Shown: piece after piece, positions 28,786 through 39,268 of the stretch
How the letters are laid out: each line of letters opens with the position of its first letter
Numbering within the stretch: position 1 is the stretch's first letter
Assembly (NCBI GenBank): GCA_965261345.1
Contig: OZ253449.1
Span: forward strand, 1,248,001-1,312,000
DNA from: Chloroflexota bacterium
GTDB lineage: Bacteria; Chloroflexota; UBA11872; VXNJ01
DNA: 64,000 bases
Direction: 5' to 3'
Program-made: the position numbers and the translations under genes
The notes under the pieces: generated by a model
The model's input: the letters and a program-made list of their open reading frames with translations, nothing else
What the model was told of the DNA's origin: nothing
Databases searched by the model: none

Positions 28786-31029
28786 TTGCCCACCGCCAAA
28801 TCGACGGCCCGCACTTCCAAGCGGGCCCCCCAGGCCGATCCGCAAACCCCGGCCGGGGCTTGGTTCCTGCTGGCGGCCCTGTCGTCGGCCCTTCTGGCCG
28901 GCGCCGGCGTGATCGTGCCGCTGCTGCCCGATCATCCGCTGGCCCAATTCCCGGCCCAGATCTTCTATCTGGCGCTGGGCCGGGCCGGGCTCCCGGCGAT
29001 GCTTATCCTGCTGGTGCTTAGCCTGGTGGCGGCGTTTGCGCTGGCCCTGCAACGCCCGATTGTCAGCCCGCTGCAGACGTCGCTGGCGCTGGCCCTGATC
29101 GTGACCCTGGCGGCATTTGAATCGCTGCTCTCGCTGGCCGGCGGCGGCGATTTGCAGGCCGGCGGGCTGGTTGGATCGATGCTGGGTTCGGCCTTGGCGG
29201 CGGTTTTCCCGGCTGGCCTCGGAGTGGCCCTCTGCGCCCTGGCGGCGATCGGACTGGCGACCTGGGCGCTTGTTGCCTCGGATTGGGCGCAAAGCCACCT
29301 GGGTTGGGTCGGCGCCAAGGGGATTGCCGGCGGTCGAGCCACCGGCCGCCGGATTGATGCGATGGCCACCTGGCTCAACCAGCGGTTCGATCCCGACGCC
29401 GAGGACGCGGCGGCCGCGCAGCCGGAGGCGGCGAGCGCGGTTGTCGACCCAGCGGCCGATGCGGACCCGGAGCCGCCGGCGATGGCTGGGGAATTGCCCG
29501 GGCCGGGCCTGGTGATCAAACAACCGGCGCTTGCGCAGGGTTCGGCGATGGCATCGCGTGGCATCCCGATTCCGTTGACCGGTCAATCCGGATGGGTTCT
29601 GCCGCCGCCCGACATTTTCGAAGTACCTGGCCGGCGCGAGAGGGTATCGCACTCTGAGATCACTGAGAACGCGACGATCATCGAGGAGACCCTGGCGAAC
29701 TTCAAAGTCGACGTCCGGGTAGTCGAGGCGATCCCCGGACCGGTGGTGACCCAGTATTGCATCGCCCCGGCGGCCGGGGTGCGCGTGACTCACATCACCC
29801 GCCATTCCGACGATCTGGCGCTGGCCCTTGCGGCCCGCAGCATAAGAATTGAATCGCCAATTCCGGGCCGCCCGTTCGTTGGACTGGAGATCCCCAACCG
29901 CGATCCGTCGGTGGTAACGATCCGCGAGCTGCTTGAATCGCGCGAATTCGTCGAGGACCGCACCGCGCTCAAGATCGCGCTCGGAAAAGACGTGGCCGAT
30001 CACTCCCAGGTCCGCTCGCTGGCCCGGATGCCGCACCTGTTAATTGCCGGATCGACCGGATCGGGCAAGTCGGTATTCCTCAACACCGTCTTGATTTCGC
30101 TGCTCTGCCAGTACACCCCGGATGAGCTGAAGTTGGTGCTGATCGACCCCAAGATGGTTGAATTGGTCCCCTACAATGCCGTGCCGCACCTGCTCATGCC
30201 GGTAGTTTCGACGCCGGCCGATGCGGTCCCGGTGCTGTCCTGGGTACAGCAGGAGATGTCGCGTCGCTATCGCGTGCTGCGCGATTCGGGCCGTCGCAAC
30301 GTGGCCTCCTACAACGCCGATCCCAATCTCGGGCAGGATTCGAAACTGCCCTACCTGGTGGTGGTGGTTGACGAGATGGCCGACCTGATGATGACCGCGC
30401 CGGCCGAGATCGAGCTGTCGATCTGCCGCCTGGCCCAGATGGCCCGGGCGGTCGGAATCCACTTGGTAATCGCCACCCAGCGTCCCTCGGTCGACGTGAT
30501 CACCGGCCTGATTAAGGCCAACTTCCCCTCGCGCGTGGCCTTCTCGGTCTCCTCGCAGGTCGACTCGCGCACCATCCTCGACCACGCCGGGGCCGAAAAA
30601 CTGATGGGCCGCGGTGACATGCTCTTCAATTCCGCCGAACACGGCAGGAGCGTGCGGGTGCAGGGTGCGTTCGCATCCGACGATGACATCACCGAACTGG
30701 TGACCTTTTGGGTAAAGCAGGGCGAGGGCGAATATGTAAGTGCCGACGAGATCGCCAGCGCCATACCCTCGTCCAGCCCGATTGATGATTCTGAGCTGTA
30801 CCAGGAGGCCGTCAGCGTGGTGATGCAGTTCAATTACGCGTCGCCGGCGCTGCTGCAGCGCGAATTGAAACTGGGCGCCGGCAAGGCGACCGACTTGATC
30901 GGAAAGCTGGAAGCTGCCGGTATAGTGGGGCCACAGGAGGGTGAAAGCTCCTCGCGGGCGGTAATTGCCAAATCCAATCCGGCCGACCCGGTTGTCGTCG
31001 GATCCTCAGAGGTAGCCCCTGATGCTTGA
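28786..31029 (+). CDS. ftsK: DNA translocase FtsK/SpoIIIE
   Basis: N-terminal TM helices, PHLLIAGSTGSGKS, IDPKMVEL, ATQRPSVDVITG, gamma domain. Confidence 0.95.
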   Translation: MPTAKSTARTSKRAPQADPQTPAGAWFLLAALSSALLAGAGVIVPLLPDHPLAQFPAQIFYLALGRAGLPAMLILLVLSLVAAFALALQRPIVSPLQTSLALALIVTLAAFESLLSLAGGGDLQAGGLVGSMLGSALAAVFPAGLGVALCALAAIGLATWALVASDWAQSHLGWVGAKGIAGGRATGRRIDAMATWLNQRFDPDAEDAAAAQPEAASAVVDPAADADPEPPAMAGELPGPGLVIKQPALAQGSAMASRGIPIPLTGQSGWVLPPPDIFEVPGRRERVSHSEITENATIIEETLANFKVDVRVVEAIPGPVVTQYCIAPAAGVRVTHITRHSDDLALALAARSIRIESPIPGRPFVGLEIPNRDPSVVTIRELLESREFVEDRTALKIALGKDVADHSQVRSLARMPHLLIAGSTGSGKSVFLNTVLISLLCQYTPDELKLVLIDPKMVELVPYNAVPHLLMPVVSTPADAVPVLSWVQQEMSRRYRVLRDSGRRNVASYNADPNLGQDSKLPYLVVVVDEMADLMMTAPAEIELSICRLAQMARAVGIHLVIATQRPSVDVITGLIKANFPSRVAFSVSSQVDSRTILDHAGAEKLMGRGDMLFNSAEHGRSVRVQGAFASDDDITELVTFWVKQGEGEYVSADEIASAIPSSSPIDDSELYQEAVSVVMQFNYASPALLQRELKLGAGKATDLIGKLEAAGIVGPQEGESSSRAVIAKSNPADPVVVGSSEVAPDA

Positions 31030-32161
31030 TGTGCAAGCCCTGCGCGAGGATTTCCCCGCGCTCTCGTCAATGACCTTCCTAAACAACGGGGCGGTGGGGA
31101 TCACCCCGGCCCCGGCGGTCGATGCGATGTGCCAGGCGTTGCGGTTCTCAGAGGAAGCCGGGCAGCACGCCTACTCGCATTTTGCCGAGGAGCGCGCCTC
31201 CGCACGGGCGGCGATGGCCAAATTCGTCGGCGCCGATCCGGACGAGATCGCCTTTGCCACCAATGCCACCGAGGCGGTCAACTGGATCGTGGCCGCGTTG
31301 GCCTTCCGTCCGGGCGAGGAGGTCTTAATCTCCGACTACGAGCACCCGGCGCTGGTGTATCCAGTCAGCTGGCAGCGCGATTTGGGGCGGATCCGAGCCA
31401 CCTACTTTGAGGTCTCGACCGATTCCGATCAGACCCTGGCGGCGGTGGAGGCGGCGATCACCCCGCTGACCCGGATGATTGCGGTCTCGCATGTGGAGCG
31501 TCACAACGGGGTGCGTTTGCCGGTCGAGGCGATCTGCCGGTTGGCCGCCGAACGCGGGATCCTCACCCTTATAGACGGAGCCCAGACGCTGGGGATGATC
31601 CCGGTGGACGTGCGCGCCGTCGGAGCTGATTTCTACATCGGCAACCTGCACAAGTGGTTGTGTGGTCCCAACGGAACCGGGCTGTTCTACGGTCGCGCCG
31701 ATCGTCTGCGCTTGCTCACCCAGGCCCATGTCGGGCCGACCCCGGGCAGCGACTGGGATCTGGTTGGCGGCCTCAACCTGCCGCTTACCGCCTCGCGCTT
31801 TGAATACGGCACTGCGACCGCCGCCCGCTACACCGGGGCGCTGGCCTCGCTTTCCTACCTGGGCGAGATCGGGTTCGACCGGATCGAACGGCAGCTGATT
31901 TGGCTCAAGACCCAAACCGAGAGCCTGATCGGCGACCATGGCTGGGAGGTCGTTTCGCCAACGCAATGGGAGCGCTCGTCGGCCTTGGTGGCGTTTGCCG
32001 TTCCCGGCGGCAATGGCGGGCAAATCTGCAAAGAATTGGCCGAGCAAAAGATCTATCTCTCGGGCACCCAGGATGGCGGTATCAGGATCTCGCCGCACAT
32101 TTACAACACCGAAGACGAAATCGCGCGATCGCTCGACGCCGTCGCGGTGGCGCTGGGCTAA
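31022..32161 (+). CDS. Class V PLP-dependent aminotransferase (cysteine desulfurase/isopenicillin epimerase-like)
   Basis: FLNNGA, NATEA, EHPA, IDGAQ, HKWLCGP, RISPHIYN. Confidence 0.88.
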   Translation: MLDVQALREDFPALSSMTFLNNGAVGITPAPAVDAMCQALRFSEEAGQHAYSHFAEERASARAAMAKFVGADPDEIAFATNATEAVNWIVAALAFRPGEEVLISDYEHPALVYPVSWQRDLGRIRATYFEVSTDSDQTLAAVEAAITPLTRMIAVSHVERHNGVRLPVEAICRLAAERGILTLIDGAQTLGMIPVDVRAVGADFYIGNLHKWLCGPNGTGLFYGRADRLRLLTQAHVGPTPGSDWDLVGGLNLPLTASRFEYGTATAARYTGALASLSYLGEIGFDRIERQLIWLKTQTESLIGDHGWEVVSPTQWERSSALVAFAVPGGNGGQICKELAEQKIYLSGTQDGGIRISPHIYNTEDEIARSLDAVAVALG

Positions 32162-32174
32162 CCGCACCGGACCC

Positions 32175-32591
32175 GTGCAACCGGGCAAATCGGCATCGGC
32201 CACGATCACCGAACTGGCGCTTGCCCTAATCGTCATCACGGTGCTGCTGCTGGCGCTCTGGTATCTGCTGCTCCGAGACCGCGCGTCCGAGCTACCCAAC
32301 CAGACACTCCAGGACAGCGTCGGGATGGTCAATGCCGAACAGGATACAGCCCAAAACGCGCTGCGCCAGCTGAACCTCACCGGCACCCCCACCGCGGTGC
32401 CCACGCCCAGCCCGCTGCCAACGGTCGAGCCAACCGCCACGCTCCCGCGCTTCCATTCGGTGATCGCCGGGGAGACCTTAAGCGCGATCGCTGACCTCTA
32501 TGGTGTGCCGTGGGAGGAACTGGCCGCATTCAACGGGATCACCGACCCGCGCTCGCTCCAAATCGGCCAAGAGCTCAAGATTCCCAGCTAG
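32175..32591 (+). CDS. Membrane-anchored LysM protein
   Basis: TM helix, PT linker, HSVIAGETLSAIA..YGV...LQIGQELKIP; start at GTG 32175. Confidence 0.85.
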   Translation: MQPGKSASATITELALALIVITVLLLALWYLLLRDRASELPNQTLQDSVGMVNAEQDTAQNALRQLNLTGTPTAVPTPSPLPTVEPTATLPRFHSVIAGETLSAIADLYGVPWEELAAFNGITDPRSLQIGQELKIPS

Positions 32592-32691
32592 GCCGGGCTC
32601 CATTCGCTTGACCGCCAGGTCCTAGGGGTCTAGGATCCACGCCCGCCCGCCGCCGCTTCGCTACGGCGCGTTCCTGGTTTCGGTCGTTGCG

Positions 32692-33801
32692 ATGTGGGCC
32701 AGCCTCTATCTGTATGTGCCGGCTTTTGCAGTGTTTGCCGAACAGCAGGGCGCCTCGCTGGCGATGGTCGGGGTGATCTGGTCGTCCTACGGCGTCGTGC
32801 AGGGGATCCTGCGGATCCCCACCGGCTATTTCTCCGACCGGTTGGGGCGCCGCCTGCCGTTTATCGTCATCGGGGTCGGGGTCACCGCGCTCGGTTCGCT
32901 GCTCATGGCCCTGTTTCCGAACCCGCTGGTGCTGACCATCGGCCGGGGCCTGCACGGCTTCGGGGCGACCGCCTTTGTTGTGCAGGCGGTCTACTTTGCC
33001 AGCTTCTTCCCGCCCGAACGGGTCACCGGGGCGCTGTTGAAGATGAACGCAATGACCGCGCTAACCCAGCTTTCGGTCTCACTGATCGGTGGGCAGATGG
33101 CGATGCACTTCGGCCAACTGTCCACGTTCTGGGGGTCGGCAGTGCTGGGGGCGATCTCGGTTGCCGCGATGTTCGTTGCCGGCGAACAGCACATCGCCCG
33201 GCGCGCCAATTTCGACTTTTCAAGCTTCAAATCGATTTTTGCCAACCGCACCCTGCTGCTGGCCTCTGGCACCGCGGCGCTGCTGGTCTTTGGCGAATTC
33301 GGCATCACCCAGACTTACATGTTGCTGCTGGCCGACCGCCTGGGGGCCGATTCAGGGTTCCTGGGGCTGCTCACGGCGCTCAATTACCTCGCAGTCGGCG
33401 TGGTGGCGCTGGTTTTGGCCCAATTTGCAAATTATTCGGAACGAACGGTGGTCATATATGGCCTCATCGTCTCGGGCATCGCGCTGACATTGATGCCGTT
33501 GGTGGGTGGACTGGTCGGGCTGACCGTGCTTGCACTGATTAAGGGCACGGCCCGCGGGGCGATGATGCCGTCGCTGATGGGGCTCTCGCTCAAGTCGGTC
33601 GAGCCGGACTCTCGGGCATCGGCGATGGGCATCTTCCAAGCAACCTACGCGATCGGGATGTTCGGCGGTCCGCTGACCACTGGAATAATCGGCCAGATCG
33701 CCGGATTGACGGCTCCTTTCTATGTTGTGGGGATCGCGACAGGGCTCTCGACGATTGCAGCGGTCGTGCTTTTTCCGCGCCCAAAAACCCGCATGATTTG
33801 A
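32692..33801 (+). CDS. MFS transporter
   Basis: SDRLGRR motif, multiple TM helices; the true start may lie upstream. Confidence 0.88.
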   Translation: MWASLYLYVPAFAVFAEQQGASLAMVGVIWSSYGVVQGILRIPTGYFSDRLGRRLPFIVIGVGVTALGSLLMALFPNPLVLTIGRGLHGFGATAFVVQAVYFASFFPPERVTGALLKMNAMTALTQLSVSLIGGQMAMHFGQLSTFWGSAVLGAISVAAMFVAGEQHIARRANFDFSSFKSIFANRTLLLASGTAALLVFGEFGITQTYMLLLADRLGADSGFLGLLTALNYLAVGVVALVLAQFANYSERTVVIYGLIVSGIALTLMPLVGGLVGLTVLALIKGTARGAMMPSLMGLSLKSVEPDSRASAMGIFQATYAIGMFGGPLTTGIIGQIAGLTAPFYVVGIATGLSTIAAVVLFPRPKTRMI

Positions 33802-33844
33802 GCTGGCGACCGGCCGGCAAATTAGACTGGTCTTCGCTTTTCAG

Positions 33845-34354
33845 ATGGTCGCCCCAGCGGCCGATTCATGTTGTCCGGAACTGAGATTGGTGCGTCGCAA
33901 GCAAAAAAAACGAGGCTACTCCGAGATCGATCGCGGCCCTTTGGGGGCAGCGATTTTTCAGACCCGCAAACAGCGCCGGCTGACACAGATGGAGCTGGCC
34001 AACCGCCTGGGCCGCAATCGGCCCTGGGTCTCCAACGTGGAAACCGGCAAGGTCAAGATCCTCAACGAAGAGGATCTGGTCGGCCTATCGGCGGTCTTGA
34101 GAATTAGCATCTCATCGCTGCGGGCCGCCCACGATTTGACCGCCGCCACCCAGGTTGTGAGCGCCCCGGGCTATACGATCCTGCAATCGAACCGAAATTG
34201 CACGAACTGTCACCACGTGGTGGAACCGGATGCAGGCTTTTGCACTCATTGCGGTTCCGGCCAGCCGATGCAGATCAACTGCCCAGCCTGCGCCAGGCCG
34301 AACAACCCGGGCGCCCGTTTCTGCGCGCGCTGCGGGTCGCAGCTACAGGGCTAA
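33845..34354 (+). CDS. XRE-family HTH protein with double zinc-ribbon
   Basis: RLTQMELANRLG...WVSNVETG plus four CxxC pairs. Confidence 0.8.
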   Translation: MVAPAADSCCPELRLVRRKQKKRGYSEIDRGPLGAAIFQTRKQRRLTQMELANRLGRNRPWVSNVETGKVKILNEEDLVGLSAVLRISISSLRAAHDLTAATQVVSAPGYTILQSNRNCTNCHHVVEPDAGFCTHCGSGQPMQINCPACARPNNPGARFCARCGSQLQG

Positions 34355-34588
34355 CCACCGGGTCCCAACCCGGGCAGCCGGCGGTCGCGCGACCGGTCCG
34401 AACTTTAAGGCTCAATGCCGCCGTAGCGGGGTGATTTTGGCGGAACGCGAAGCCGGCCGTCTTTCGGCCCGATCTATCCGATCGCCAATCCGGTTTCGGC
34501 CTGGTGGTCAAGACCGGGGCCGGCCAGCGCGTAACTGGATCGGCCGCCGATCCAATCTAGAGGGGCGTTGGCTCCAGATTCTTAAGGG

Positions 34589-34912
34589 TTAGGCGACCCG
34601 GTCCAGGCTGGATTTGATCTTGGCTTCGGGCACGTAGCCGACGATTCGGTCGACCTCGACACCACCCTTGATAAACAACAGAGTCGGTATCCCGCGCACG
34701 CCGAAGTGGGTTGCGTATTGAGTGTTTTGGTCGGTATCGACCTTGACGAACTTGACCCGATCGGAGTACTCGCCGGCCAGCTTTTCAAAGACTGGCGCCA
34801 TCATCTTGCAGGGCCCACACCACTCGGCCCAAAAATCGATGATCACCGGGTTTTCCGATTCGATCACTTGGGATTGAAATTCTGCGTCGGCGACGTGGAA
34901 ATAAGCAGCCAT
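34589..34912 (-). CDS. trxA: Thioredoxin
   Basis: DFWAEWCGPC, GIPTL. Confidence 0.96.
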   Translation of the reverse strand: MAAYFHVADAEFQSQVIESENPVIIDFWAEWCGPCKMMAPVFEKLAGEYSDRVKFVKVDTDQNTQYATHFGVRGIPTLLFIKGGVEVDRIVGYVPEAKIKSSLDRVA

Positions 34913-34962
34913 CGGCCTATCGTCCTTTGGGTTTTGGGTTGGCTCAGATTACCTGCGCGATG

Positions 34963-37635
34963 TTAGCCGACGACGATATTGAGCAAGCGTCCGGGAACAT
35001 GGATCACCTTGCGCACGGTTTTGGCATCGATGTGGGCTTGCACATTGGGCAGCGCCAGGGCGGCCTCCAGGACGTCCGCCTCCTCCAAGTCGACCGCAAC
35101 TTGCAGGCGCTCTCGGACCCGGCCATTGACCTGAACCGCCACGGTGATTGATTCCCGAACGAGCAGCTTGGGATCGGCCTGCGGCCACTCGACCCGGACG
35201 ATGCTGTCGCAGTTGCCCAACCGGTGCCAGAGCTCCTCGGCCAGGTGCGGCGCCACCGGCGCGATCAGGCGCACCAGGATGTCCTTGATCTCCGCCCCAA
35301 CCGCCGATTGGTCCAGCTCGGTAGACCAGATCTGGGTCAGCTCGTTTACCGGCTCCATCAGCCCGTTGGCCAGCATGGTGTTAAAGCGCAGCCGCTCGAT
35401 ATCGTCCGAACACTTGGCAATCGCCCGGTGGGCGATCTGCCTGGCCTTTTCCTGCGCCTGCGCCAACGGCAATCGAGGGGTCTTGGGCGTCTCCAGAGTA
35501 TTGGTGACCAATCGCCAGAACCGGCGATAGAAGCGGGTTATGCCGTTGAGCCCGCTCTCACTCCAGGGCAGTGTGCCTTCCAGCGGAGCCATAAATAGCT
35601 CATAGCCGCGCAGCGCGTCGGCGCCGTAGCGTTCCACCACGCTATCGGGCGATACCACGTTGCCCATCGACTTGGACATCTTGCCCGATCGAATCGGCGC
35701 CCAGTCATCGACCGGGTCGCCGAGCAGCTCGAACTCGGCCTTGCTGGGGGCGTGGTAGAGAAAGTCGCGCGAATCGCCAGACGGGCTCGAGTACACATCG
35801 AATCCGTCGGGGTTGCGGGCCGAAACCCGCCCACCGGCCAATCGCGCCTGTTCCAGATTGACCCAACCGTCCTCGGCCAACATCATTCCCTGGTGGCGCA
35901 GCGCCTTGAACGGCTCCGAGCTCGGAACATATCCGGCATCGTAGAGGACCTTGTTCCAAAAGCGGGCGTAGAGCAGGTGCATCACCGAGTGCTCGGCCCC
36001 ACCGACATATAGATCGACCGGCATCCAGCGCTTGCCGGCTTCGGCCTCGACCGGCCCGCCGTCGTAGTCGGGGGTGATAAATCGCAGGAAGTACCAGGAG
36101 GAACAGGCAAATCCACCCAGCGTGTCGGTCTCGCGGCGCGCCGGACCCGAGCATTGCGGACACTCCGTCTCCACCCAGTCGCGGGCTCGCTCCAGCGGTG
36201 ACCCCAACTCCGGATCGGGCTTAAAGTCGGCCAGTGGCGGCAGGGTGACCGGGAGCTCGCCCTCGGGTATTGGAACCTGGCCGCAATCCCGGCAGTGGAC
36301 GATCGGGATCGGGCAGCCCCAGTACCGCTGCCTGGAAATGAGCCAGTCGCGCAGGCGGTAATTTACCTCGGCCTGGCCGCGCCCCTGTTCGGATAGGAAA
36401 TTGGTAACGATCGCGATCGCCTCAAGCGAATCCAATCCGTTATGGATCCCCGAATTGATCAGCCGGCCCTCGCCGATGTAGGCCTCATCCAGCGGTTCCC
36501 CGTCCCAGTCGGGCGGCTCGATGACCACCACGATCTGCAGGCCGAATTTCGTGGCGAAGTCAAAATCCCGCTGATCGTGGGCCGGCACCGCCATGATCGC
36601 TCCCGATCCATAACCGGCCAAAACGTAGTCGGCCACCCAGATCGGGATGCGCTGTTGGTTGACCGGATTGATCGCGTAGCTGCCGGTAAAGACGCCGGTC
36701 TTTTCGCGATCGGTGGCTGAGCGTTCGATCTCCGAACTTCGCAGCGCCTGATCCACATAGGCTGCGACCTCGGCTTGCTGAGCAGGCGTTGTCAACGTTG
36801 CAAGTTCTGGGTGTTCGGGTGCCAGGACCATGAAGGTGGCCCCGTAAAGCGTGTCCGGCCGCGTCGTGTAGACGCTAAGTTCCGGCCCTGATTCGGTTCG
36901 AAAATCCACGTTGGCGCCGGTCGAGCGGCCGATCCAGTTGACCTGCATCCGCTTGGTTGATTCGGGCCAGTCGACCTGGTCCAGGTCGGAAAGTAAGCGA
37001 TCGGCATAGGCGCGTATCCGGAAGAACCACTGCCGCAGCGGTTTGCGGTAGACGTTGGAGTGTCCGCGCCAGTCGCGCCCGTCGGCCAGAACTTCCTCGT
37101 CGGCTAGGGCTCCACAGGTGTCACACCACCATTGCCGCTTTTCGGCTCGGTACGCTAGGCCGCGCTCAAACAGTTTTAGGAAGATCCACTGGGTCCAGCG
37201 ATAGTAGTCAGGATGCGATGAATTGATCTCCCGGTCCCAGTCGTAGCCGCACCCCACCAATTTGAGTTGCCGCTTGTAATTTGCGGCGTACTCGACTATC
37301 GATTCAGCCGGATGGCGACCCTTGTCGATCGCGTCCTGTTCAGCCGGCAGCCCGAACGCGTCCCAGCCCATCGGGTGGAGGACCTCAAACCCGCGCATCC
37401 GTTTGTAGCGCGCGAACGCGTCAACTGGAATGTAGTTGCGAAAGTGCCCGACCGAGAGGCCATCACCTGATGGGTATGGAAAAAATTCAAGCGCGTAATA
37501 CGGCGGTTTGTCCGAATAGGTGTCGGTACGGTAAACGCCGCCGGCTTCCCAGTCGCGTTGCCACTTCGACTCGATCTTGGCAAATTGATATTCGTCGAAA
37601 TCGGATTGGCCGGAGGCCTGGATTTGAGTGGGCAT
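34963..37635 (-). CDS. leuS: Leucine--tRNA ligase
   Basis: FPYPSG.GLSVGH, GWDAFGLPAE, YTTRPDTL, MAVPAHDQRD, KMSKS; start at ATG 37635. Confidence 0.96.
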   Translation of the reverse strand: MPTQIQASGQSDFDEYQFAKIESKWQRDWEAGGVYRTDTYSDKPPYYALEFFPYPSGDGLSVGHFRNYIPVDAFARYKRMRGFEVLHPMGWDAFGLPAEQDAIDKGRHPAESIVEYAANYKRQLKLVGCGYDWDREINSSHPDYYRWTQWIFLKLFERGLAYRAEKRQWWCDTCGALADEEVLADGRDWRGHSNVYRKPLRQWFFRIRAYADRLLSDLDQVDWPESTKRMQVNWIGRSTGANVDFRTESGPELSVYTTRPDTLYGATFMVLAPEHPELATLTTPAQQAEVAAYVDQALRSSEIERSATDREKTGVFTGSYAINPVNQQRIPIWVADYVLAGYGSGAIMAVPAHDQRDFDFATKFGLQIVVVIEPPDWDGEPLDEAYIGEGRLINSGIHNGLDSLEAIAIVTNFLSEQGRGQAEVNYRLRDWLISRQRYWGCPIPIVHCRDCGQVPIPEGELPVTLPPLADFKPDPELGSPLERARDWVETECPQCSGPARRETDTLGGFACSSWYFLRFITPDYDGGPVEAEAGKRWMPVDLYVGGAEHSVMHLLYARFWNKVLYDAGYVPSSEPFKALRHQGMMLAEDGWVNLEQARLAGGRVSARNPDGFDVYSSPSGDSRDFLYHAPSKAEFELLGDPVDDWAPIRSGKMSKSMGNVVSPDSVVERYGADALRGYELFMAPLEGTLPWSESGLNGITRFYRRFWRLVTNTLETPKTPRLPLAQAQEKARQIAHRAIAKCSDDIERLRFNTMLANGLMEPVNELTQIWSTELDQSAVGAEIKDILVRLIAPVAPHLAEELWHRLGNCDSIVRVEWPQADPKLLVRESITVAVQVNGRVRERLQVAVDLEEADVLEAALALPNVQAHIDAKTVRKVIHVPGRLLNIVVG

Positions 37636-38390
37636 TAAGGAAATACGGTAGATATCTAGTGGCGGCGACGCTTCGGCCGGGCGCTTGCAAATATCAACGA
37701 TGATTTTTCGATGAAATCGGCAATTTGCGTTGATATTGGGGATTTCGATTCGGCACTGCAATTGTCCAATCTCCGCCGACGCGCTCGAACAAGGCCAGTA
37801 ACGCCCACCCCGGCGCCGGCGGGGCCATCGGGCTCGGACGGCCGGTGGCGCAATCTCGCCGCGGTCGGTGGGTCTGCCGGGCGGGCAGCCGGGTATCCGG
37901 TTCGCAGCAGAAGACCGCCAACCGCGATCCCGGCCCCGCAACAATGTCGAATTTGGTCGCGAGACGGGTTTCGTCGCCGACCACGACCAGCCTGTGCAAC
38001 CGAGGGTTCATCTCCCGCAATCTGTCCCTTGCGCCCTCGGGTCAACGGTTGGGCGCCGATGTTCGTCCTGCTGGCGACCAACTCGGTGCCCGCTGGTCGA
38101 GCAGCCAAACCTGCAGCGAATGTGAAACTTGATACCGTTTGGCACCGCCGGTGATCGAGATCAGATGCGACCAATTGTTGAGGCGATGAGTGTGGGTGGG
38201 ATTAGCCGCTTGCCCGGGTTGTACCAAACACATCCATCAATTCGGAGTCAACCGGGACGACGTAGGCCCGCAATTTCCCTTTCACCCTGGCAATTTGTGA
38301 CTTTGAGCACTCCCCCGTGTCGTGATAACCGGGTAGAAACTCATTGTTTGCGTGGTCCAATACTGCAGATTTGTGCCGAGGAGGACAGCG

Positions 38391-38855
38391 ATGGCAAAGA
38401 CCGTATATCTCGCAAACCCGTACGGATTTTCAGCCCAGCAGAAGAGGGCGCTGCTTCCGCCGATAGTTTCGGCGCTGGAGGAGCTGGGACTGGAGGTATG
38501 GGAGCCATTCGCTCGAAATAACCAGGGAGATTTCCTCGAGAGCGGATGGGCACACCAAGTCGGGCAGCGAGATTTTGAGGACGTGAAGAATTCGGACGCC
38601 ATCTTTGCCGTGGTCAACGGCGTTCCTCCCGACGAGGGCGTAATGGTGGAGCTGGGCATGGCAATTGCATCGGGTAAGCCGACGTTCCTGTTCCGGGACG
38701 ATATCCGCCGTGTTGCCGACAGCGACTCGTACCCGCTAAACCTCATGCTGTTCACCGGCTTGCCGCTCGAAGGTTGGGAGGAGTACTACTACACCTCAAT
38801 AGAGGAAATCTCCTCGCCCGAAAAAGCGCTGGCTCGCTGGGCCACCCAACCGTAA
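38391..38855 (+). CDS. Nucleoside 2-deoxyribosyltransferase-like protein
   Basis: VYLANP, D..DVKNSDAI, PPDEGVMVELGMA, NLM; GAGGA RBS. Confidence 0.85.
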   Translation: MAKTVYLANPYGFSAQQKRALLPPIVSALEELGLEVWEPFARNNQGDFLESGWAHQVGQRDFEDVKNSDAIFAVVNGVPPDEGVMVELGMAIASGKPTFLFRDDIRRVADSDSYPLNLMLFTGLPLEGWEEYYYTSIEEISSPEKALARWATQP

Positions 38856-39268
38856 CCGCTCCTGGTTGGGGCCGAATCGGGAGCGACCTCCGTATTTAGC
38901 AGTTAAGGGATGGCGCTGTCGGTCACGCCCTTCTGCCTTCCTTGCGGTGCGACTCAACAAGCCCTCTCGGGCCAGGATCTTGAATTTTTCCGGCCGAGTT
39001 GCAGCGCGAAATCCTGGTGCTGTGAGGTCAATCCCCACTTAGACGGTCAATATCCAGCCCGGTCGGTCGTACTCACCTTCAGCGGCCTGAATTCGGGCCG
39101 GTCCGGTCTGACAGAATTTTCAAAGTTGCTGGGCAGCGGCAATTGCTCCGCGTCGGTCGCAATAAGCCTCAGCAATTCGACTAACCACCCCATCTCGGTC
39201 GACATCGCCGGCGCGACCGCCAGCCACGGGAGCAAGGCGCAATCGCAACCCAACGGGGTTCGGGCCGT

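Noticed and set aside
37636-38390. Possible T-box upstream of leuS, or small ORFs
   Set aside because: No T-box consensus or terminator seen; the ORFs have no recognisable motifs
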